Below are positions 26,113 through 36,051 of a DNA stretch of 38,678 nucleotides, piece after piece (the first letter of the stretch is position 1; every line of letters starts with the position of its first letter). The DNA comes from Candidatus Wolframiiraptor gerlachensis (GTDB lineage Archaea > Thermoproteota > Nitrososphaeria_A > Caldarchaeales > Wolframiiraptoraceae), in assembly GCA_021323375.2 (NCBI GenBank), contig JAJPCT020000006.1, forward strand, positions 1 to 38,678, given 5' to 3'. The notes beneath the pieces were generated by a model, which was not told the DNA's origin, made no database searches, and saw only the letters and a program-made list of their open reading frames with translations. A program made the translations under genes and the position numbers.

Positions 26113-26778
26113 CTAATACAGGGGCTTGATGTACTGCGCATAGAGAGGCTTCTTCTCCTCCATGCTAAGCTCCCTATACTTCCCATCAACCCTAATGTAG
26201 GCCACATCTATGCTGTCGCCTGAGCCTATATCTCTTTGGATCGCCATGGCAACGGCCTTGAATGCCAGCTTGGCCGCCTCCTCTACCCCCATGTTCTCAT
26301 CATACCCGCTCTCGAGAACACCATATGCTATCGGCGAGCCGGAGCCCGTCGCCAGCAACCTCTCCTCAGTCATCGCTCCATACAAGTCGACATTATAGAG
26401 ATGTGGGCCTGTCGAGTCAACGCCAGCTATTATGAGTTGGACCTCGTAGGGAAAGATCCTCCACCTGAATGCGAGGTTTGCCGCAAGCCTTGCGATCGAG
26501 GCTATGGGCATGGGCCTACCCCAGCTCGCGTGATAGTATCCTATGTTGGCTTTCAGGTAGTCTACCATGTTTTGAGCATCGGCAACCCTTCCGGCGATGG
26601 TCATGGCCGCGTAGTCTGCCAGTGGATAAAGCTTCCTAACCTTCCTATGAGCGACGAAGAAGCCGGCCGTCGCCCTGGTATCTGTCGCGAGAACCACGCC
26701 ATCCCTCACTACTAGTCCGACGGTGGTCGTGCCGGTTTTAATCTGCTTACCCTGATCTAGATTCATGCCCCAAATCAT
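26113..26778 (-). CDS. psmB: Proteasome beta subunit
   Basis: Propeptide then KTGTTTVG (Thr1); TGSGS; RDIGSG. Confidence 0.95.
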   Translation of the reverse strand: MIWGMNLDQGKQIKTGTTTVGLVVRDGVVLATDTRATAGFFVAHRKVRKLYPLADYAAMTIAGRVADAQNMVDYLKANIGYYHASWGRPMPIASIARLAANLAFRWRIFPYEVQLIIAGVDSTGPHLYNVDLYGAMTEERLLATGSGSPIAYGVLESGYDENMGVEEAAKLAFKAVAMAIQRDIGSGDSIDVAYIRVDGKYRELSMEEKKPLYAQYIKPLY

Positions 26779-26942
26779 AGCTCACACCTACACCTCACAG
26801 CTTTTGCGAGCCGCTGAGCCTAGCCAGAGGAGCGGCCCACTGGGAATTGTAGAAAGATGCTTAATAAAAGTATTGCTTGAGGGGGCGGCGCTCGCAACCA
26901 ACCCTTAATAAGGAAGCATTAATCGAGAATCCGCCGAGTCCT

Positions 26943-27689
26943 ATGTCTGAGGAGCAGCGGGGAGAGATTGCTGAGAGGGTGGAGGGAGTAGTTGAGCTCG
27001 TGAAAGAGGGAGACCTCGTGCTGATAGATTATGTGATAAGGGTGAAGGAGACGGGCGAGCTCATCGAGACCACGATGAGGGATGTTGCCGAGAAAGAGGG
27101 CTTAGAGGTCTCTGGGAGATTCGAGCCCAAGCTAGCTATACCGGGGAGGGGCTACATGCTGAAGGCGTTCGAGGAGCAATTGATAGGAATGGCTGCCGGG
27201 GAAGAGAAGCGCTTTGAGATACCACCTGAGAAGGCCTTCGGCCCAAGAGATCCATCGAAGGTGAGGGTGATACCTGTTAGGAGGCTTAGAGATGTTGAGG
27301 GGCCAATAACCGTGGGCTCAAGGATAATAGTGGATGGCAAGGAGGGGATAGTTAGGAGCGTAGGCTCCGGCAGGGTTCAGGTTGATTTCAATCCATATCT
27401 CGCTGGAAAAACCCTCGACTGCTATGTGAAGGTCGTCAAGATATTATCCGACAACAACGAGAAGATCAGAGCCCTGATACATAACAGGATACCGGATGTC
27501 GATGTGGAGAAGTTCGGGATAACGATAGCCGAGTCCTCGGTGACGGTCGAGGTGCCCGAGGAGGCCATGCTCCTCCCGGGTATACAGGTTGCTAAGAGGG
27601 CTTTAGCTAGGGAGATCATGGAGCATATAAATGGCGTGGAGAAGGTAGTCTTCATCGAAACCATACGCAAGGAACAGGCTCGAAGCTAG
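26943..27689 (+). CDS. Long-type FKBP/SlyD peptidyl-prolyl isomerase
   Basis: GDLVLIDY, IPPEKAFGPRD, VDFNPYLAGKTL. Start 26943 fits the TATA near 26906. Confidence 0.9.
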   Translation: MSEEQRGEIAERVEGVVELVKEGDLVLIDYVIRVKETGELIETTMRDVAEKEGLEVSGRFEPKLAIPGRGYMLKAFEEQLIGMAAGEEKRFEIPPEKAFGPRDPSKVRVIPVRRLRDVEGPITVGSRIIVDGKEGIVRSVGSGRVQVDFNPYLAGKTLDCYVKVVKILSDNNEKIRALIHNRIPDVDVEKFGITIAESSVTVEVPEEAMLLPGIQVAKRALAREIMEHINGVEKVVFIETIRKEQARS

Positions 27690-27706
27690 CGGTCTCCAAA
27701 ACAGTT

Positions 27707-28360
27707 TTATAGCGTTGTCAGCTGTGGGTCCACGGCGGAGTCCTCGATCTCTATTATCGCACAGAATCCATCCTTGGCCGGCCCTGCATTAACTATCATA
27801 GTGCTGCCCAGCCGCGTTATTGATCTCCCCTCATGGGCATGGCCTGCACATACTAGGAGCGGCTTAACCTCCTCGATGAACCTCTTTACTGAGATGCTCC
27901 CGATATGCTTTGTCCCGGTGTAGTCTGCCTCGGTACCATAGGGTGGGCTGTGCGTGACTAGTATCAGCCTATCACCCGCATCCTTGAAGCCCATCAGTAT
28001 GTTCTCGAACTCATCCTCCTCAAGCTCCGTTAGCGTTCCGAATTTCCCGCTTCCACCGCCCACCCCTGCGAAGAGATAGCCGGAGAACTCCCTCATCCGG
28101 CCGTGAAGATTATGGGCATTAAACCCCTCCGGCTGCCATGATAAGAGCTCCGGCGAATCACAGTTACCAGATACGAAGAATATCGGGAGACCAGGCTTGG
28201 AGATGATCTCTAAGATCTTCAGGGCGGTTGAGGGGCCTCCGAAGTGTGTTATATCGCCAGCGATCACTATTAGGTCCGCGTTCACCTCGCCAGCCTTGCG
28301 AGAGATCTTCTCAGCCGCCTCCAACTTGCCATGAATATCGCTCGCCTGAAGTATTCTCAT
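27707..28360 (-). CDS. Calcineurin-like metallophosphoesterase
   Basis: SDIHG, AGD, GNCD, THSPP, GHAHE. Confidence 0.9.
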   Translation of the reverse strand: MRILQASDIHGKLEAAEKISRKAGEVNADLIVIAGDITHFGGPSTALKILEIISKPGLPIFFVSGNCDSPELLSWQPEGFNAHNLHGRMREFSGYLFAGVGGGSGKFGTLTELEEDEFENILMGFKDAGDRLILVTHSPPYGTEADYTGTKHIGSISVKRFIEEVKPLLVCAGHAHEGRSITRLGSTMIVNAGPAKDGFCAIIEIEDSAVDPQLTTL

Positions 28361-28454
28361 GGCATCTTATCGCGTGAAAAAGCCACTTAAAACGGTTACG
28401 TGAGGTATAATCCTCCTGATTATGGGGAGGGGGCGTGTGGCCGCGATGATCTGG

Positions 28455-29171
28455 CTAAAAGCTAGAGGGTGGTGGGATTATCCTCGATATGCTCTCGAGC
28501 GAGAGGAGTGAGGGCGCATATAGTGAGGCCAAGAGTAGTATTATGAATGATGCCAGCGGCACCGTAATGTTGTCGTCTATTGGGGGGTATTCGAAGTGTT
28601 CGATGATTGATGCTAAGACTCCGGCCACCATTCCCGCCACGCCGAGTATCGCTCCCATGGGTATCGAGACGGCTGCCATGGCCAGATTCCCCCACCACGA
28701 CTTAGTCCTCCTCTTGAAGAGCACATTCCTGACAAAGCCGGTTGCCGAGTCTCCGATGGCCATGAAGAGTACCGGCACGATGCCAATCCAGAAGTTCCCG
28801 CCCGAGACAAGCCACCCGAGCGCGATGATAACGCCCCACATGATGCAGAACGAGACCTCATACATGTTGTCCTCAACCTGAAACCAGTACATCAGCTTCC
28901 CAACTCTATGCGGCATGTATGTGAAGACGCCTAGGAGGAGCGCCATGACGAGGGGCAGCAAGGGTGTCTCAAAGACGTATGGAACTATGAAGGCCACGAG
29001 GCCGCCAGCCAAAACATGAATTATCTTGCGATTATAGTATACTGCAACCTTATCCTGCACTCCTCTTCCAAGCATGAGCATATAGGTTTTCTTGGTCAGA
29101 ACCGTTACCAAGAAGACAACCCACGCGAATAAGACCCCCGTGGCTATAATCTCCGATATCGAGGGCCACAT
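28455..29171 (-). CDS. Dolichol/phytol kinase-family membrane protein
   Basis: RKIIH, GDSA, KSWWG, IDDNITVP. Confidence 0.8.
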   Translation of the reverse strand: MWPSISEIIATGVLFAWVVFLVTVLTKKTYMLMLGRGVQDKVAVYYNRKIIHVLAGGLVAFIVPYVFETPLLPLVMALLLGVFTYMPHRVGKLMYWFQVEDNMYEVSFCIMWGVIIALGWLVSGGNFWIGIVPVLFMAIGDSATGFVRNVLFKRRTKSWWGNLAMAAVSIPMGAILGVAGMVAGVLASIIEHFEYPPIDDNITVPLASFIILLLASLYAPSLLSLESISRIIPPPSSF

Positions 29172-29315
29172 ACGAAAAGACAAACAACCCCCCATGAATA
29201 AAAATTTCCCTCTCCTCAAACCCGCATTTACATGACAGAGTTGATAGCCCGGATCGGCTTCCCGGATAGTCCAGATATAATGTTAAAATAGCTAGAGGAG
29301 TGCTGGTGTAAATGA

Positions 29316-29434
29316 GCGGGGGTAGCCAAGCCTGGACAAAGGCGCCGGGCTTAAGACCTGATGAAAGCTGGTCAGATTACTGGTTGGAGACCCGGTCCCG
29401 TAGGGGTTCGCGGGTTCGAATCCCGCCCCCCGCA
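29316..29434 (+). tRNA. tRNA-Leu(UAA) with a 34-nt intron at 37/38 (29356-29389)
   Basis: GCGGGGG/CCCCCGC acceptor stem; anticodon TAA 29352-29354; long variable arm; GGTTCGAATCC; TTAAAATA at 29283-29290. Confidence 0.9.
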
Positions 29435-29448
29435 TACTTATCGTCTTT

Positions 29449-31350
29449 TCACGTTATGTTTGCGAGGATCTCGTCTAGGGGGGCTTTGGCGGCGCATACA
29501 TACGTGTCCGCTCCACCATAATAGAGGTAGACAATGCCATCTCTAACGATCGCGCCGCATGGGAAGACGACGTTTCTCACATATCCCTCCTTCTCATAGG
29601 CCTCACTCGGCTCTATTAGCGGGAAGAGCGTTCTCCCGATGACCTTCTCCGGCCTCCTCAAGTCTAGGAGAAATGCTCCAACCCGGTATACGTTGTCATG
29701 TGAGACGCCATGGTAGAAGACTAGCCAACCCTTTCGGGTCTTTATTGGAGGGGCTGCAAGGCCGACCTTCTTACCATCCCACATCCCAGGCCTCGGCGGG
29801 AGAAGCGTGATGCTTAGAAGCTCCTCGGTCCTCACATCCTCCAGAGAATCAATGTAATCGTAGCCGATGTTTATTCCCATGGCCCTGTGTATGAAGAAGT
29901 ATTTGCCGTCAATCTTCTCCGGGACTATGCAAGCATCCTTATCATCTACTCCAGGCGGGGAGATTATCCGCGGCCTAGACCAGGCATCCCAATTCCTGCT
30001 GAGAAAATCATCCACGGATATGGAGGTTACTGCGACCTTTGGGGGATGGACGTTATCGTATGCCGTGTAGAACATGTAGAGCCTATCCCCCAGCCTAATC
30101 ACCCTCGGATCCTCGCATCCGGAGTGACCCGGCGTGAGCTTCATCTCAAAGCTCTCCCTCGGGACATAGATCGGCTCTTCAAGCCTCTCAACGATGTTAA
30201 ATCCATCCTCGCTTACCGCGAGCCCTATCGTGGAAGTCTTATCCCTCGATAATGCCCTGTACAGTATGTATATCCTGCCCTCGAGCTCTATCGCTGCCGG
30301 GTTGAATGTCGCTAAGCTCTCCCACTCATGCTTAGGGTCGGGCTTTATTATCGGGTTCCATGGACACCTCTTAAAGACCTCTTTCATACCATCCATCGCC
30401 ATGAGCACATCCCTTATCTTAACCGTTGCGAGACAGCACGTGGTATCAGCAGCCCCATAATATACCCTGAGAGTATCCCTCTGCTTCAAGACCGATGTAG
30501 GGAAGACGACGTTCGGCACATTACCATACTTCTCATAAAACTCTTCAGGGACCATTAACGGATACCTCGTCCTCCTCAGAACCCTCCTAGGATCCTTCAA
30601 GTCCAGTAGAAGAGCCTCAACACCGAAGATCCTATCCTCCAGCCTTGGTGAAAAATAGTTCTGAATATAGGAGTATATCAGTAGCCATCCCTGCTTAAGC
30701 CTCACCGGTGGCGCTCCAACCTCGATGTGATCAAGCTTAGATCTCCTAGGATCCGGGCTCAGCGTATAAGCCATGAAGTTGTTATACCATTCATCCATCT
30801 CTTGGAGCCATTTTGATGGATCATCCCCGAGCGGCGCGACAGCAATATATGCCGGGGGCTTATCCGTATGCACCGTCAATATTGCCATGAGCTTTCCATC
30901 TATCCTCTCTGGGAAGAGCGCCATCGCCTTGGCGTTGAATGACGTCACTAGGTACTTTGCCTCAACCCTCTCCAAATCACGGCTGATAGCTACACCAACT
31001 CTGATGCCCTCAGCTCTCGGCGGCAGCGTCGAGATTGCCGTGTAGAAAATATAATACCTCCCGTCGATGTAGGTGGCTCTCGGGTCCTCGCATCCAAAAA
31101 GCTCCCAATCCTCCTCCGGGGATATGAATATCCGCCTATCATAGAAGTGAATTCCATCCCTGCTCCTAGCGATGCCTATAGAGCTATAACTTGACCCCTG
31201 CTTCTTTAGGAGGTCGGATGATGAGAGAGCCCGGTAGAGCATGTAATAGTACTTGCCACGCTTAACAACTGATGGGTTGAAAACCGCGTAAGCCTCCCAG
31301 GAATGCTCCCTTATAGGTGATAAAATGGGATTCCAGAGGCACCTTCTCAT
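29449..31350 (-). CDS. Tandem two-domain GH130-family glycosidase/phosphorylase
   Basis: Two repeats of FNP, GCEDPR, NVVFP, YYG.AD. Confidence 0.85.
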   Translation of the reverse strand: MRRCLWNPILSPIREHSWEAYAVFNPSVVKRGKYYYMLYRALSSSDLLKKQGSSYSSIGIARSRDGIHFYDRRIFISPEEDWELFGCEDPRATYIDGRYYIFYTAISTLPPRAEGIRVGVAISRDLERVEAKYLVTSFNAKAMALFPERIDGKLMAILTVHTDKPPAYIAVAPLGDDPSKWLQEMDEWYNNFMAYTLSPDPRRSKLDHIEVGAPPVRLKQGWLLIYSYIQNYFSPRLEDRIFGVEALLLDLKDPRRVLRRTRYPLMVPEEFYEKYGNVPNVVFPTSVLKQRDTLRVYYGAADTTCCLATVKIRDVLMAMDGMKEVFKRCPWNPIIKPDPKHEWESLATFNPAAIELEGRIYILYRALSRDKTSTIGLAVSEDGFNIVERLEEPIYVPRESFEMKLTPGHSGCEDPRVIRLGDRLYMFYTAYDNVHPPKVAVTSISVDDFLSRNWDAWSRPRIISPPGVDDKDACIVPEKIDGKYFFIHRAMGINIGYDYIDSLEDVRTEELLSITLLPPRPGMWDGKKVGLAAPPIKTRKGWLVFYHGVSHDNVYRVGAFLLDLRRPEKVIGRTLFPLIEPSEAYEKEGYVRNVVFPCGAIVRDGIVYLYYGGADTYVCAAKAPLDEILANIT

Positions 31351-31413
31351 GATCTGAGTAGGGAGAAATGACCGCGGCGTTATATGTATTACACATGAAC
31401 CTCGAAGATGGAA

Positions 31414-31476
31414 TATGTGAGAGTAATACTCGGGAATCTATGTAAGGGTAATACTTAATTATGTAACGGTAATACG
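31414..31476. promoter_or_regulatory. Three 17-bp direct repeats between divergent GH130 genes
   Basis: TATGTGAGAGTAATACT 31414; TATGTAAGGGTAATACT 31439; TATGTAACGGTAATACG 31460. Confidence 0.65.
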
Positions 31477-31496
31477 CTATCGTAGGGGAAGTAAAA

Positions 31497-32567
31497 GTGC
31501 CTGTTACTTCTCCATTTAAGCCTAGAGCTAGAGAGGGACTAGGCGAAAAAGCTTATGAGCGTGAGAGGGAGGTTCCCAGCCCTCAAATCCCCGTGAAAAA
31601 TCCTTGGAAGGAGGTTTTCACAAAGTCGCCCTCTAATCCCATAATTAGGCCTAACCCGGATAATCACTGGGAGGCTTATCAGACATTTAACCCAGGCGCG
31701 ATAATTCTTAGCGGGAGAATCCATATAGTGTATCGGGCTCTGGGGGTTGACTGGATATCGCGCTTCGGCTACGCCTCATCAAGCGATGGAGTCGCGATTG
31801 ATGAGAGGCTTCCCTATCCAATATATCAGAGTAGCGTGGATGCGAATGTATTCTCGGTCTCGATCTCCGGCGGCGGCTTCGGCGGGTGTGAGGATCCTAG
31901 GCTGGTCGCAATAGATGATGTCGTCTACATGACCTATAACATATTCGACTCCAAGGGGTTGAGGGTCGGGCTAACATCAATACGCGTTGAAGATTTTCTC
32001 GGTAAGAATTGGAGGTGGAGTGAGGAGAGGGTAATATCTGATCCCAGCAAGATCAATAAGAACTTCGTGCTCTTCCCCGAGAGGATAGATGGGCGATACG
32101 CGATCCTCCATAGTATCTCGCCCAGAGTCCAGATAGCATACCTCGATGACCTGAGATTCGACGGCTATATCGAGAGTCATTATGAGGCCTGCTCATATCC
32201 AAGTGGATGGGAGCTTGTGGTAAAGGGGGCTGGGGGGCCGCCGATAAAGACGAGCGAGGGATGGCTCCTATTCTACCATGGGCTGGGCAAGAATGATCCT
32301 TGGAAATACAAGATAGGGCTCATGCTATTGGACTTGGATAGGCCGGAGAGGATACTGCATAGGGCTAGAAACCCCGTTATAGAGGCCGATCAATGGTATG
32401 AGTATGATGGGTTTAAGCCCGGGATAACATATACGTGCGGGGCTGTTTTAAGGGGTGGGGAGCTGCTCGTCTATTATGGCGCTGCTGATAAATATGTGTG
32501 CATGGCTAGGGCTCCCTTAGACCTAGTTCTGGACACGTTAAAGAGATATGGCGTGCATCCGGGCTAA
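31497..32567 (+). CDS. GH130-family glycosidase/phosphorylase
   Basis: TFNPGA, GCEDPR, KNFVLFPE, YYGAAD. Confidence 0.85.
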   Translation: MPVTSPFKPRAREGLGEKAYEREREVPSPQIPVKNPWKEVFTKSPSNPIIRPNPDNHWEAYQTFNPGAIILSGRIHIVYRALGVDWISRFGYASSSDGVAIDERLPYPIYQSSVDANVFSVSISGGGFGGCEDPRLVAIDDVVYMTYNIFDSKGLRVGLTSIRVEDFLGKNWRWSEERVISDPSKINKNFVLFPERIDGRYAILHSISPRVQIAYLDDLRFDGYIESHYEACSYPSGWELVVKGAGGPPIKTSEGWLLFYHGLGKNDPWKYKIGLMLLDLDRPERILHRARNPVIEADQWYEYDGFKPGITYTCGAVLRGGELLVYYGAADKYVCMARAPLDLVLDTLKRYGVHPG

Positions 32568-32637
32568 TGGTCGAACTTACACCCCCGCCACCAGCACATG
32601 ATTAATAATATTAGGATGTGAGAGGTATTTTTCCAGC

Positions 32638-33678
32638 ATGTCCCAAGTCATTGTCTCTCACGAGGATCTTCGTAAATTCACTCGCGAGTGCTTTCTCAGG
32701 GCAGGCGTTCCCGAGCAGGATGCAGATATTATAGCTGATCATCTTGTTCTCGCAAACCTTAGGGGCGTTGACTCTCATGGTGTTATCAGGATACCATATT
32801 ATCTCGAGGGTGTTGAGAGGGGTTATGTTAGGCCTGAGAGCGAGTTTAGGATTTTGAGAGAGAATCCTGTGCTGGCGCTCGTTGATGGTGGGGGCGGCCT
32901 CGGTATACCAGTCGCCGCCAAGGCCACGGAGCTAGCAATCCAGAAGGCTAGGAACATGGGTGTTGCGGTTATCTGTGTGAGGAATCTCGGCCATATTGGC
33001 ATGCTCGCATATTATACGCTTAAGGTGGCTGAGGCTGGGATGATGGGGCTCGCGGCCGCTAACTCCCCAGCGCGGGTCGCTCCATGGGGAGGCTCAAAGC
33101 CATTATTCGGGACCAATCCCATTAGCTTTAGCATCCCGTCAGCTGGTAGGCCCGTGATCTTTGATATGGCGATATCCAAGATCGCGGATTTCAAGATTAG
33201 GATGGCCCTAATGCGCGGGGATAGGTTGCAGGAGGGTATAGCGCTGAGCCCGGATGGTAGGCCAACCACGAGCCCAGAGGAGGCTATACGCGGAGCGCTA
33301 CTCCCCTTTGGAGAGCATAAGGGTTATGCGATCTCCCTAATGGTCGAGGCGCTCTCAGCGCTTCTGGGGGGCGCGCCGCTCAGCGTGGATGTGATAAGAC
33401 ATGCATCAACTCAGGGAGGGTTCTTCATTATGGCCCTAAGTGTATCGGCCTTTCGGGATTATGCCGAGTATCTAGCGGATCTGGAGAGACTTATAGAGCT
33501 TATCAAGTCCTGCCCACCCGCACATGGCTTCGAGGAAGTCCTGCTACCGGGTGAGCTTGAGGAGAGGATTCGCGAGAAGAGGCTTAGGGACGGCATACCG
33601 ATAGATCATTCTACTTGGAGCATGCTTGTCGAGGTTGCGAGGAGGCTGGGCGTCGAGCTTCCTAGGATTAAGAGCTAG
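32638..33678 (+). CDS. Ldh_2 family (type 2 malate/L-lactate/sulfolactate) oxidoreductase
   Basis: RGVDSHG, HIG, GTNPI, FDMA, GEHKGY, LPGELE. Confidence 0.9.
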   Translation: MSQVIVSHEDLRKFTRECFLRAGVPEQDADIIADHLVLANLRGVDSHGVIRIPYYLEGVERGYVRPESEFRILRENPVLALVDGGGGLGIPVAAKATELAIQKARNMGVAVICVRNLGHIGMLAYYTLKVAEAGMMGLAAANSPARVAPWGGSKPLFGTNPISFSIPSAGRPVIFDMAISKIADFKIRMALMRGDRLQEGIALSPDGRPTTSPEEAIRGALLPFGEHKGYAISLMVEALSALLGGAPLSVDVIRHASTQGGFFIMALSVSAFRDYAEYLADLERLIELIKSCPPAHGFEEVLLPGELEERIREKRLRDGIPIDHSTWSMLVEVARRLGVELPRIKS

Positions 33679-34096
33679 CCTCCTCCTTCGACGTTCTAAC
33701 TTTTCTCTCGATGAGCCTGAGCCTTAGCGTGATATAGGCTATCGCAGTGGTTATTATTGCTAGGATGTAGTAGCCCGCGCCCAAGGCCATTCCTATCGAG
33801 GATGTAACCCATAGAGATGCCGCCGTCGTTATGCCAACAATCCTCTCCCTAGTCTGAATTATTGTCCCAGCACCGATGAAGCCTATCCCGGCGACAATGT
33901 AGGAGGCAACCCTAGCTGGATCCCCGCCCGGAAACGCCGTTATCGAGAGAATTGTGAACAGGCATGAGCCGAGCGAGACGAGTATATGCGTCCTCAGGCC
34001 GGCTGGCTTATCCACCTGCTCGCGCTCATAGCCCAGAACGCCACCTAAGGCGAATGCCGCTACAAGCCTGATCACTAGCTCCAGCTCGGGCACCAT
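33668..34096 (-). CDS. MgtC/SapB-family membrane protein
   Basis: GYERE, AGLRTH, GIGFIGAG, GITTAASLW. Confidence 0.9.
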   Translation of the reverse strand: MVPELELVIRLVAAFALGGVLGYEREQVDKPAGLRTHILVSLGSCLFTILSITAFPGGDPARVASYIVAGIGFIGAGTIIQTRERIVGITTAASLWVTSSIGMALGAGYYILAIITTAIAYITLRLRLIERKVRTSKEEASS

Positions 34097-34146
34097 AGCC
34101 ACGCGCTTATGGGGTGTGATCGCTATATTAATACTGAGCCGCGGCT

Positions 34147-34755
34147 TCACAGCTCGGATGAAAGCCTGTTCAGCGTCTCCATCACGCTGGATAAGACCTG
34201 CTTCACGCGGGAGATCCTATCCTCATAACCCTTCAGCCTAGACTCATACTCGGAGATCCTCGACTCATATTCGGAGATTCTTGATTGGTATTCTGAGATC
34301 CTTGACTCGTATTCGGAGATCCTTGCCTTGAGAGAGTCTAGCTCAGATTGGAGCTTGGAGATCTTCTCGGCCTCAACGCCCTCGCCGAGGGGCGCATACT
34401 TCTCCTTGAAGAGCTCCGTCGGCAGCTGTATCTTCACCCCCTCTCTCAGGAACCTCTCGTATGTCTCTCGGACGATCTGGCCCGCCTTCGTCTTACCTTG
34501 AAGATGGTTTCTTATCGTGGCCTCGGTTCTCCCGAGCTCCTCAGCTATCTGCGGGATGGACATCTTGGCCTTTTCCCTCGCGAGAGCCGCCGCTGCAACA
34601 GCCAAGCTATCAATCCAAGTCAACCTCTCCCTCGGGTTCTCGAGCTCCTCCAAGACCCTTGGGCTGAAAATGCTGGCGATCAGTAGCGCCGACTCGAGCT
34701 TGTGTATCTGCTCCCTCCCAATCGGCGTTAATGGTATCTCCTCACTCTCGCTCAA
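34147..34755 (-). CDS. KaiC-associated HTH regulator with C-terminal coiled coil
   Basis: [44 protein letters not shown]; overlaps the KaiC gene. Confidence 0.8.
   Translation of the reverse strand: MSESEEIPLTPIGREQIHKLESALLIASIFSPRVLEELENPRERLTWIDSLAVAAAALAREKAKMSIPQIAEELGRTEATIRNHLQGKTKAGQIVRETYERFLREGVKIQLPTELFKEKYAPLGEGVEAEKISKLQSELDSLKARISEYESRISEYQSRISEYESRISEYESRLKGYEDRISRVKQVLSSVMETLNRLSSEL
34241..34324 (-). repeat. Four 21-bp coding tandem repeats (RISEY[EQ]S heptads)
   Basis: Units start at 34241, 34262, 34283, 34304. Confidence 0.9.
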
Positions 34756-35488
34756 TCTCCCTCACCTCCTTCAAAACCTCCGCCGCCTTCACAATTATAC
34801 CTTTATCCGTTATCTCGAAGGGATGCCTCCTCATAGAGTGCGCAGTCCCCCTCATCTTCCAGACTATCAGGCTTCTCTTCAGCTCCCCACGTATCTCGTC
34901 GAGATCGAGCCTCACGATTCCGTCAACTGCATGCTCTACTCCGGGCCCGCCGAAGCCTCGCTCAGTCACGCTGACCTGTGAGACTAGGATTGAGGTGCAG
35001 CCCAGCCCCGATAAGACCCTCTTCAGCTGGAGAACCATGCCCCTCGCCATGACCGGCTTGGTTATGTAGAGCGTTGTGACCGAGTCGACGACGACGCGCT
35101 CAGCCTTAACCTCCCTAATCGCCGTCCTCAAAACATCGATTAGCATCTGGAAGTCATCCGGCGCCCTGACAACATATCTCTCCCTCTTGGCAGCCTCGCC
35201 TATCCCGGCCGTGAATGCGTCAACTATCGCAAATCTCCCCTCTTCCTCATACTCCGAGACATCCCAGCCGAACTGCGACATCGCTATCCTCACGGCCACC
35301 GGGTGCTCCTCCAGCGCGACGAGTATGCCGGGCTCTCCGCGCCTAAGCCCATTATACAGATACTGGTATCCGAAGATAGACTTCCCAGTCCCAGGGCCCC
35401 CCGAAAGCAGGACGACATTCCTCTTCGGTATCCCGCCACTCAATATCTCATCAAACCCAGGTATCCCGGTTATAACCCTCTCAACCAT
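34742..35488 (-). CDS. Single-domain KaiC-like ATPase
   Basis: [47 protein letters not shown]. Confidence 0.9.
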   Translation of the reverse strand: MVERVITGIPGFDEILSGGIPKRNVVLLSGGPGTGKSIFGYQYLYNGLRRGEPGILVALEEHPVAVRIAMSQFGWDVSEYEEEGRFAIVDAFTAGIGEAAKRERYVVRAPDDFQMLIDVLRTAIREVKAERVVVDSVTTLYITKPVMARGMVLQLKRVLSGLGCTSILVSQVSVTERGFGGPGVEHAVDGIVRLDLDEIRGELKRSLIVWKMRGTAHSMRRHPFEITDKGIIVKAAEVLKEVREIERE

Positions 35489-35586
35489 AAGCTCCCAGAA
35501 AATTATATCCCCCTCGCCGCATAAATGCCTTTCCATATCTTTAAGCCATCAGCTAATCCAAATAAGTAATGGGGGATGATTGATCC

Positions 35587-36051
35587 TCAGGGAGGCGGTG
35601 TTATCTCGAACGTCTTTGGATCAGCGTATGAATAATACCATAGGATTGTTTCACCATTGCTTAGGACGTATTTGTCGCATGCTGATCCGCCATGAGCCCA
35701 TCCGAGGTTCGTCCACATCCACCAGGTCCAGTATCTCGATTGCTCGATGGATTGTTCTACACCATTTATCGCCTTCACATATAACCCCATTGTGCCGTAG
35801 GATTCCGCGTCAACCTTCCATCCAGCCTCCAGCATGGCGTCATAGAGCGTCAGCCCCCGAGTCCCATTAAACCAAACCCGGGTACCATTCCCATAGTCTA
35901 TGCCGAGGTTTATGATCGCCTTCGATCTCTCAAGCCTCGAGGTAAGATCCGTGTACTGGTAATAGTAGTAGCCGAGTAGGAGTGATGCGGCGATCGCCCA
36001 GCATAGGATGCATATCGCGGCTAAGGCCCATCTATTTCTCAGAGACGCCAT
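35587..36051 (-). CDS. DUF4430 (transcobalamin C-terminal-like) membrane-anchored protein
   Basis: N-terminal TM; IDYGNG, GLYVKAING, YW.WW, ILWYY. Confidence 0.75.
   Translation of the reverse strand: MASLRNRWALAAICILCWAIAASLLLGYYYYQYTDLTSRLERSKAIINLGIDYGNGTRVWFNGTRGLTLYDAMLEAGWKVDAESYGTMGLYVKAINGVEQSIEQSRYWTWWMWTNLGWAHGGSACDKYVLSNGETILWYYSYADPKTFEITPPP

Noticed and set aside
29358-29364. CTGATGA as a hammerhead ribozyme core
   Set aside because: No stem II-GAAA-stem III architecture.
31414-31476. Mini-CRISPR
   Set aside because: 17-bp imperfect repeats with 4-8 nt gaps; no cas genes.
32568-32593. Degenerate tRNA-Leu 3' copy as att of a GH130 island
   Set aside because: Only 13/22 identity, mostly a C-run; position is suggestive but insufficient.
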